Source: Utricularia gibba
Taxonomy: Eukaryota > Plantae > Magnoliophyta
Direction of reading: 5' to 3'
DNA length: 49,235 nucleotides
Assembly: GCA_002189035.1 (NCBI GenBank)
Contig: NEEC01000243.1
Coordinates: 1-49,235, forward strand
The notes under the pieces were generated by a model. That model searched no databases. It worked only from the letters and a program-made list of their open reading frames with translations, and was not told the origin of the DNA. Of the stretch, positions 40,801-49,235 are shown in pieces; within the stretch, counting starts at the first letter, position 1; each line of letters opens with the position of its first letter. Made by a program: the position numbers and the translations under genes.

Positions 40801-43800
40801 TGGCTGCCTACATGGTTTTTCAAGGAAAAGCTTGTCGTTTTTGGGCGGGTGATGTCGTTGTGAACTTCGTTCTGACCCAAGGTTCGGTCTGACTCCTTTC
40901 GGGTCCTACTCGACGAAAATCGTGCTGCACTTATTGAAGTTAGGATGTCATGAGCACCCAAAATGGTTTTCTCAACCGCATGCTTTATATTTGATAAGGC
41001 GCTCTCGTGGGCAACGGTATCGAGCAGGATTCGAGTCGAGCTCGGGCCATAGTCATTTGTGGCTCGGCAAAAAACTTGATGCATTTCTTAACGTTGGGTT
41101 TTAATTGGCTGCCTACATGGTTTCTCAAGGAAAAGCTTGTCGTTTTTGGGCGGGTGATGTCGTTGTGAACTTCGTTCTGACCCAAGTTCGTCTGACTCCT
41201 TTTCCACATCGGGTCTACTCGACGAAAATCGTGATGCACTTATTGAAGTTAGGATGTCATGCACCCAAAATGGTTTTCTCAACCGCATGCTTTATATCTG
41301 AGGAGGCGCTCTCGTGGGGCAACGGTATCGAGAAGGAGGTCGAGTCGAGCTCGGGCCCATAGTCATTTGTAGCTCGGCAAAAAACTTGATGCATTTTTAA
41401 CGTTGGGTTTTAATTGGCTGCCTACATGGTTTCTCAAGGAAAAGCTTGTCGTTTTTGGCGGGTGATGTCGTTGTGAACTTCGTTCTGACCCAAGGTTCGG
41501 TCTGACTCCTTTCCACATCGGGTCCTACTCGACGAAATCGTGATGCACTTATTGAAGTTAGGATGTCATGAGCACCCAAAATGGTTTTCTCAACCGCATG
41601 CTTTATATTTGAGGAGGCGCTCTCGTGGGGCAACGGTATCGAGCAGCGAGTCGAGCTCGGCCCATAGTCATTTGTAGCTCGGCAAAAAACTTGATGCATT
41701 TTTAACGTTGGGTTTTAATTGGCTGCCTACATGGTTTTCAAGGAAAAGCTTGTCGTTTTTGGGCGGGTGATGTCGTTGTGAACTTCGTTCTGACCCAAGG
41801 TTCGGTCTGACTCCTTTGCCACATCGGGTCCTACTCGACGAAAATCGTGCTGCACTTATTGAAGTTAGGATGTCATGCACCCAAAATGGTTTTCTCAACC
41901 GCATGCTTTATATTTGATAAGCGCTCTCGTGGGCAACGGTATCGAGCAGGTGGTCGAGTCGAGCTCGGGCCCATAGTCATTTGTGGCTCGGCAAAAAACT
42001 TGATGCATTTTTTAACGTTGGGTTTTAATTGGCTGCCTACATGGTTTCTCAAGGAAAAGCTTGTCGTTTTTGGGCGGGTGATGTCGTTGTGAACTTCGTT
42101 CTGACCCAAGGTTCGGTCTGACTCCTTTTACATCGGGTCCTACTCGACGAAATCGTGAAGTTAGGATGTCATAAGCACCCAAAATGGTTTTCTCAACCGC
42201 ATGCTTTATATTGAGGAGGCGCTCTCGTGGGGCAACGGTATCGAGAAGGAGGTCGAGTCGAGCTCGGGCCCATAGTCATTTGTAGCTCGGCAAAAAACTT
42301 GATGCATTTCTTAACGTTGGGTTTTAATTGGCTGCCTACATGGTTTTTCAAGGAAAAGCTTGTCGTTTTTGGGCGGGTGATGTCGTTGTGAACTTCGTTC
42401 TGACCCAAGGTTCGGTCTGACTCCTTTTTCCACATGGGTCCTACTCGACGAAAATCGTGCTGCACTTATTGAAGTTAGGATGTCATGAGCACCCAAAATG
42501 GTTTTCTCAACCGCATGCTTTATATTGAGGAGGCGCTCTCGTGGGGCAACGGTATCGAGAAGGAGGTCGAGTCGAGCTCGGCCCATAGTCATTTGTGGCT
42601 CGGCAAAAAACTTGATGCATTTTTTAACGTTGGGTTTTAATTGGCTGCCTACATGGTTTTCAAGGAAAAGCTTGTCGTTTTTGGGCGGGTGATGTCGTTG
42701 TGAACTTCGTTCTGACCCAAGGTTCGGTCTGACTCCTTTGCCACATCGGTCCTACTCGACGAAAATCGTGCTGCACTTATTGAAGTTAGGATGTCATGAG
42801 CACCCAAAATGGTTTTCTCAACCGCATGCTTTATTTTGATAAGGCGCTCGTGGGGCAACGGTATCGAGCAGGTCGAGTCGAGCTCGGGCCCATAGTCATT
42901 TGTGGCTCGGCAAAAAACTTGATGCATTTCTTAACGTTGGGTTTTAATTGGCTGCCTACATGGTTTCTCAAGGAAAAGCTTGTCGTTTTTGGGCGGGTGA
43001 TGTCGTTGTGAACTTCGTTCTGACCCAAGGTTCGGTCTGACTCCTTTGCCACATCGGGTCCTACTCGACGAAAATCGTGATGCACTTATTGAAGTTAGGA
43101 TGTCATAAGCACCCAAAATGGTTTTCTCAACCGCATGCTTTATATCTGAGGAGGCGCTCTCGTGGGGCAACGGTATCGAGAAGGAGGTCGAGTCGAGCTC
43201 GGCCCATAGTCATTTGTAGCTCGGCAAAAAACTTGATGCATTTATTAACGTTGGGTTTTAATTGGCTGCCTACATGGTTTCTCAAGGAAAAGCTTGTCGT
43301 TTTTGGCGGGTGATGTCGTTGTGAACTTCGTTCTGACCCAAGGTTCGGTCTGACTCCTTTCCACATCGGGTCCTACTCGACGAAATTCGTGATGCACTTA
43401 TTGAAGTTAGGATGTCATAGCACCCAAAATGGTTTTCTCAACCGCATGCTTATATTTGATAAGGCGCTCTCGTGGGGCAACGGTATCGAGCAGGTTCGAG
43501 TCGAGCTCGGCCCATAGTCATTTGTGGCTCGGCAAAAAACTTGATGCATTTTTAACGTTGGGTTTTAATTGGCTGCCTACATGGTTTTTCAAAGGAAAAG
43601 CTTGTCGTTTTTGGGCGGGTGATGTCGTTGTGAACTTCGTTCTGACCCAAGGTTCGGTCTGACTCCTTTGCCACATCGGGTCCTACTCGACGAAAATCGT
43701 GATGCACTTATTGAAGTTAGGATGTCATAAGCACCAAAATGGTTTTCTCAACCGCATGCTTTATATTTGAGCGCTCTCGTGGGGCAACGGTATCGAGCAG

Positions 43801-46800
43801 GTGGTCGAGTCGAGCTCGGGCCCATAGTCATTTGTGGCTCGGCAAAAAACTTGATGCATTTTTAACGTTGGGTTTTAATTGGCTGCCTACATGGTTTCTC
43901 AAGGAAAAGCTTCGTTTTTGGGCGGGTGATGTCGTTGTGAACTTCGTTCTGACCCAAGGTTCGGTCTGACTCCTTTTTTACATCGGGTCTACTCGACGAA
44001 AATCGTGACTTATTGAAGTTAGGATGTCATAAGCACCCAAAATGGTTTTCTCAACCGCATGCTTTATATCTGAGGAGGCGCTCTCGTGGGGCAACGGTAT
44101 CGAGAAGGAGGTCGAGTCGAGCTCGGGCCCATAGTCATTTGTGGCTCGGCAAAAAACTTGATGCATTTCTTAACGTTGGGTTTTAATTGGCTGCCTACAT
44201 GGTTTTTCAAGGAAAGCTTGTCGTTTTTGGGCGGGTGATGTCGTTGTGAACTTCGTTCTGACCCAAGGTTCGGTCTGACTCCTTTCCACATCGGGTCCTA
44301 CTCGACGAAAATCGTGCTGCACTTATTGAAGTTAGGATGTCATGAGCACCCAAAATGGTTTTCTCAACCGCATGCTTTATATTTGATAAGGCGCTCTCGT
44401 GGGGCAACGGTATCGAGCAGGTGGTCGAGTCGAGCTCGGGCCCATAGTCATTTGTGGCTCGGCAAAAAACTTGATGCATTTTTAACGTTGGGTTTTAATT
44501 GGCTGCCTACATGGTTTCTCAAGGAAAAGCTTGTCGTTTTTGGGCGGGTGATGTCGTTGTGAACTTCGTTCTGACCCAAGGTTCGGTCTGACTCCTTTTT
44601 ACATCGGGTGCTACTCGACGAAAATCGTGATTATTGAAGTTAGGATGTCGCACCCAAAATGGTTTTCTCAACCGCTGCTTTATATCTGAGGAGGCGCTCT
44701 CGTGGGGCAACGGTATCGAGAAGGAGGTCGAGTCGAGCTCGGGCCCATAGTCATTTGTGGCTCGGCAAAAAACTTGATGCATTTTTAACGTTGGGTTTAA
44801 TTGGCTGCCTACATGGTTTCTCAAGGAAAAGCTTGTCGTTTTTGGCGGGTGATGTCGTTGTGAACTTCGTTCTGACCCAAGGTTCGGTCTGACTCCTTTT
44901 TTACATCGGGTCTACTCGACGAAATCGTGATGCACTTATTGAAGTTAGGATCATGAGCACCCAAAATGGTTTTCTCAACCGCATGCTTTATATTTGATAA
45001 GGCGCTCTCGTGGGGCAACGGTATCGAGCAGGTGGTCGAGTCGAGCTCGGGCCCATAGTCATTTGTGGCTCGGCAAAAAACTTGATGCATTTTTAACGTT
45101 GGGTTTTAATTGGCTGCCTACATGGTTTCTCAAGGAAAAGCTTGTCGTTTTTGGGCGGGTGATGTCGTTGTGAACTTCGTTCTGACCCAAGGTTCGGTCT
45201 GACTCCTTTTTCCACATCGGGTCCTACTCGACGAAAATCGTGATGCACTTATTGAAGTTAGGATGTCATAAGCACCCAAAATGGTTTTCTCAACCGCATG
45301 CTTATATTTGATAAGGCGCTCTCGTGGGGCAACGGTATCGAGCAGGACGAGTCGAGCTCGGCCCATAGTCATTTGTGGCTCGGCAAAAAACTTGATGCAT
45401 TTAACGTTGGGTTTTAATTGGCTGCCTACATGGTTTTTCAAGGAAAAGCTTGTCGTTTTTGGGCGGGTGATGTCGTTGTGAACTTCGTTCTGACCCAAGG
45501 TTCGGTCTGACTCCTTTGCCACATCGGGTCCTACTCGACGAAAATCGTGATGCACTTATTGAAGTTAGGATGTCATAAGCACCCAAAATGGTTTTCTCAA
45601 CCGCATGCTTTATATTTGATAAGGCGCTCTCGTGGGGCAACGGTATCGAGCAGGTGGTCGAGTCGAGCTCGGGCCCATAGTCATTTGTGCTCGGCAAAAA
45701 ACTTGATGCATTTTTTAACGTTGGGTTTTAATTGGCTGCCTACATGGTTTCTCAAGGAAAAGCTTGTCGTTTTTGGGCGGGTGATGTCGTTGTGAACTTC
45801 GTTCTGACCCAAGGTTCGGTCTGACTCCTTTGCCACATCGGGTCCTACTCGACGAAAATCGTGAACCTTATTGAAGTTAGGATGTCATAAGCACCCAAAA
45901 TGGTTTTCTCAACCGCATGCTTTATATCTGAGGAGGCGCTCTCGTGGGGCAACGGTATCGAGAAGGAGGTCGAGTCGAGCTCGGGCCCATAGTCATTTGT
46001 AGCTCGGCAAAAAACTTGATGCATTTCTTAACGTTGGGTTTTAATTGGCTGCCTACATGGTTTTTCAAGGAAAAGCTTGTCGTTTTTGGGCGGGTGATGT
46101 CGTTGTGAACTTCGTTCTGACCCAAGTTCGGTCTGACTCCTTTTCCACATCGGGTCTACTCGACGAAAATCGTGCTGCACTTATTGAAGTTAGGATGTCA
46201 TGAGCACCCAAATGGTTTTCTCAACCGCATGCTTTATATTTGATAAGGCGCTCTCGTGGGGCAACGGTATCGAAGGAGGTCGAGTCGAGCTCGGGCCCAT
46301 AGTCATTTGTGGCTCGGCAAAAAACTTGATGCATTTTTTAACGTTGGGTTTTAATTGGCTGCCTACATGGTTTCTCAAGGAAAAGCTTGTCGTTTTTGGG
46401 CGGGTGATGTCGTTGTGAACTTCGTTCTGACCCAAGGTTCGGTCTGACTCCTTTTTCATCGGGTCTACTCGACGAAAATCGTGATGCTTATTGAAGTTAG
46501 GATGTCATAAGCACCCAAAATGGTTTTCTCAACCGCATGCTTTATATCTGAGGAGGCGCTCTCGTGGGGCAACGTATCGAGAAGGAGGTCGAGTCGAGCT
46601 CGGGCCCATAGTCATTTGTAGCTCGGCAAAAAACTTGATGCATTTTTAACGTTGGGTTTTAATTGGCTGCCTACATGGTTTTCAAGGAAAAGCTTGTCGT
46701 TTTTGGGCGGGTGATGTCGTTGTGAACTTCGTTCTGACCCAAGTTCGGTCTGACTCCTTTCATCGGGTCTACTCGACGAAAATCGTGCTGCACTTATTGA

Positions 46801-47853
46801 AGTTAGGATGTCATGAGCACCCAAAATGGTTTTCTCAACCGCATGCTTTATATTGATAAGGCGCTCTCGTGGGGCAACGGTATCGAGCAGGTGGTCGAGT
46901 CGAGCTCGGGCCCATAGTCATTTGTGGCTCGGCAAAAAACTTGATGCATTTTTTAACGTTGGGTTTTAATTGGCTGCCTACATGGTTTCTCAAGGAAAAG
47001 CTTGTCGTTTTGGGCGGGTGATGTCGTTGTGAACTTCGTTCTGACCCAAGGTTCGGTCTGACTCCTTTTTACATCGGGTCTACTCGACGAAAATCGTGAT
47101 TATTGAAGTTAGGATGTCATAAGCACCCAAAATGGTTTTCTCAACCGCATGCTTTATATCTGAGGAGGCGCTCTCGTGGGGCAACGGTATCGAGAAGGAG
47201 GTCGAGTCGAGCTCGGCCCATAGTCATTTGTGGCTCGGCAAAAAACTTGATGCATTTCTTAACGTTGGGTTTTAATTGGCTGCCTACATGGTTTCTCAAG
47301 GAAAAGCTTGTCGTTTTTGGGCGGGTGATGTCGTTGTGAACTTCGTTCTGACCCAAGGTTCGGTCTGACTCCTTTTTTACATCGGGTACTCGACGAAAAT
47401 CGTGATGCCTTATTGAAGTTAGGATGTCATAAGCACCCAAAATGGTTTTCTCAACCGCATGCTTTATCTAGGAGGCGCTCTCGTGGGGCAACGGTATCGA
47501 GAAGGAGGTCGAGTCGAGCTCGGGCCCATAGTCATTTGTGGCTCGGCAAAAAACTTGATGCATTTCTTAACGTTGGTTTTAATTGGCTGCCTACATGGTT
47601 TTCAAGGAAAAGCTTGTCGTTTTTGGGCGGGTGATGTCGTTGTGAACTTCGTTCTGACCCAAGGTTCGGTCTGACTCCTTTCCACATCGGGTCCTACTCG
47701 ACGAAAATCGTGCTGCACTTATTGAAGTTAGGATGTCATGAGCACCCAAAATGGTTTTCTCAACCGCATGCTTTATATCTGAGGAGGCGCTCTCGTGGGG
47801 CAACGGTATCGAGAAGGAGGTCGAGTCGAGCTCGGGCCCATAGTCATTTGTGG

Positions 47854-48011
47854 CTCGGCAAAAAACTTGATGCATTTCTTAACGTTGGGTTTTAATTGGC
47901 TGCCTACATGGTTTCTCAAGGAAAAGCTTGTCGTTTTTGGGCGGGTGATGTCGTTGTGAACTTCGTTCTGACCCAAGGTTCGGTCTGACTCCTTTCCCAC
48001 ATCGGGTCCTA
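47854..48011. repeat. Internal subunit A (158 bp, monomer pos 125-282) of the dimeric monomer
   Basis: 47854-47896 aligns without gaps to 48012-48054 at 31/43 identities, offset 158 bp. ATGGTTTCTCAA (47908-47919) matches ATGGTTTTCTCAA (48066-48078) in the same register. Confidence 0.85.
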
Positions 48012-48168
48012 CTCGACGAAAATCGTGATGCACTTATTGAAGTTAGGATGTCATGAGCACCCAAAATGGTTTTCTCAACCGCATGCTTTATATCTGAGGA
48101 GGCGCTCTCGTGGGGCAACGGTATCGAGAAGGAGGTCGAGTCGAGCTCGGGCCCATAGTCATTTGTGG
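48012..48168. repeat. Internal subunit B (157 bp, monomer pos 283-315 plus 1-124) of the dimeric monomer
   Basis: Paralogous to subunit A over essentially its whole length: blocks of 31/43, 17/24, about 16/25 and 10/16 identities by hand alignment. Confidence 0.85.
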
Positions 48169-49235
48169 CTCGGCAAAAAACTTGATGCATTTCTTAACGT
48201 TGGGTTTTAATTGGCTGCCTACATGGTTTCTCAAGGAAAAGCTTGTCGTTTTTGGGCGGGTGATGTCGTTGTGAACTTCGTTCTGACCCAAGTTCGGTCT
48301 GACTCCTTTGCCACATCGGGTCCTACTCGACGAAATCGTGATGCACTTATTGAAGTTAGGATGTCATGAGCACCCAAAATGGTTTTCAACCGCATGCTTT
48401 ATATTGATAAGGCGCTCTCGTGGGGCAACGGTATCGAGAAGGAGGTCGAGTCGAGCTCGGGCCCATAGTCATTTGTGGCTCGGCAAAAAACTTGATGCAT
48501 TTATTAACGTTGGGTTTTAATTGGCTGCCTACATGGTTTTCAAGGAAAAGCTTGTCGTTTTTGGGCGGGTGATGTCGTTGTGAACTTCGTTCTGACCCAA
48601 GGTTCGGTCTGACTCCTTTGCCACATCGGGTCTACTCGACGAAAATCGTGCTGCACTTATTGAAGTTAGGATGTCATGAGCACCCAAAATGGTTTTCTCA
48701 ACCGCATGCTTTTATTGATAAGGCGCTCTCGTGGGGCAACGGTATCGAGCAGGGTCGAGTCGAGCTCGGGCCCATAGTCATTTGTGGCTCGGCAAAAAAC
48801 TTGATGCATTTTTTAACGTTGGGTTTTAATTGGCTGCCTACATGGTTTCTCAAGGAAAAGCTTGTCGTTTTTGGGCGGGTGATGTCGTTGTGAACTTCGT
48901 TCTGACCCAAGGTTCGGTCTGACTCCTTTACATCGGGTCCTACTCGACGAAAATCGTGATTATTGAAGTTAGGATGTCATAAGCACCCAAAATGGTTTTC
49001 TCAACCGCATGCTTTATATTGAGGAGGCGCTCTCGTGGGGCAACGGTATCGAGAAGGAGGTCGAGTCGAGCTCGGGCCCATAGTCATTTGTGGCTCGGCA
49101 AAAAACTTGATGCATTTTTAACGTTGGGTTTTAATTGGCTGCCTACATGGTTTCTCAAGGAAAAGCTTGTCGTTTTTGGGCGGGTGATGTCGTTGTGAAC
49201 TTCGTTCTGACCCAAGGTTCGGTCTGACTCCTTTG

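Larger units (their letters stand above)
39413..48970. repeat. Array region enriched in a divergent monomer subtype (TTGATAAGG plus GAGCAGGTGG)
   Basis: About 14 of the last 32 monomers carry ATATTTGATAAGG instead of ATATCTGAGGAGG, and most of these also carry GAGCAGGTGG instead of GAGAAGGAGG. Only 2-3 TTGATA copies occur in the preceding 39 kb. Confidence 0.8.
1..49235. repeat. Tandem satellite-type array, ~155-160 head-to-tail copies of a 314-315-bp monomer (305-bp and other shorter variants), truncated at both window ends
   Basis: AGGATGTCAT(G/A)AGCACCCAAAATGG recurs at 1, 311, 625, 928, 1243, 1553 ... 47730, 48045, 48358, 48668, 48971 with ~300-316-bp spacing, all in one orientation. There is no unique sequence between copies, and the same peptide fragments recur throughout the ORF track. 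Confidence 0.99.

Noticed and set aside
9-49198. Hundreds of 60-295-aa ORFs in the supplied track as protein-coding genes
   Set aside because: All are translations of the same monomer. Their lengths, including the 295-aa ORF at 22049-22936, depend on chance indels joining frames. I recognise no domain and no ORF is stable across copies.
1-49235. CRISPR array
   Set aside because: There is no alternation of a short repeat with unique spacers; the entire 315 bp repeats, and no cas genes are present.
1-49235. Rolling-circle or library concatemer of a single small circle (viroid-like RNA, minicircle or RCA artefact)
   Set aside because: Copies of one template should differ only by independent errors. 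Here the alleles are linked, recurrent and regionally stratified, which requires a genuinely heterogeneous array.
1-49235. Single-base homopolymer length differences (A5/A6/A7, G3/G4, T4/T5) as biological alleles
   Set aside because: Most are scattered and deletion-biased, as expected from long-read error. Only GGGCGGT/GGGCGGGT and GTGGCTC/GTGCTC show positional or linkage structure, and those were kept as possible alleles.

Overview
The whole 49,235-bp window is one head-to-tail tandem array of roughly 155-160 copies of a ~315-bp monomer, about 49% GC. It runs off both ends, has no unique flank and shows no inversion. I find no credible protein-coding gene, RNA gene, transposon or CRISPR array; the ORF track is the same few monomer translations re-spliced by indels. 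The indel noise is deletion-biased, concentrated in homopolymers and includes a few scrambled patches, which suggests a single or unpolished long read. Beneath that noise there is real structure. (i) The 315-mer is an old dimer of 158+157-bp subunits. (ii) A precise 10-bp deletion gives a 305-bp monomer class largely confined to the first 27 kb. (iii) Linked substitution haplotypes are stratified along the array into about four domains. (iv) A divergent monomer type alternates with the standard type near 43.7-47.4 kb, like a nascent ~620-bp higher-order repeat. The best interpretation is a eukaryotic, probably plant, satellite DNA array. Length and restriction-site pattern recall the Silene latifolia subtelomeric SacI/KpnI (X43.1) family, but that is from memory and not verified by alignment. 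I do not see evidence for a new multi-gene system. Monomer positions below count from the A of AGGATGTCAT, and copy counts are hand counts, so they are approximate.
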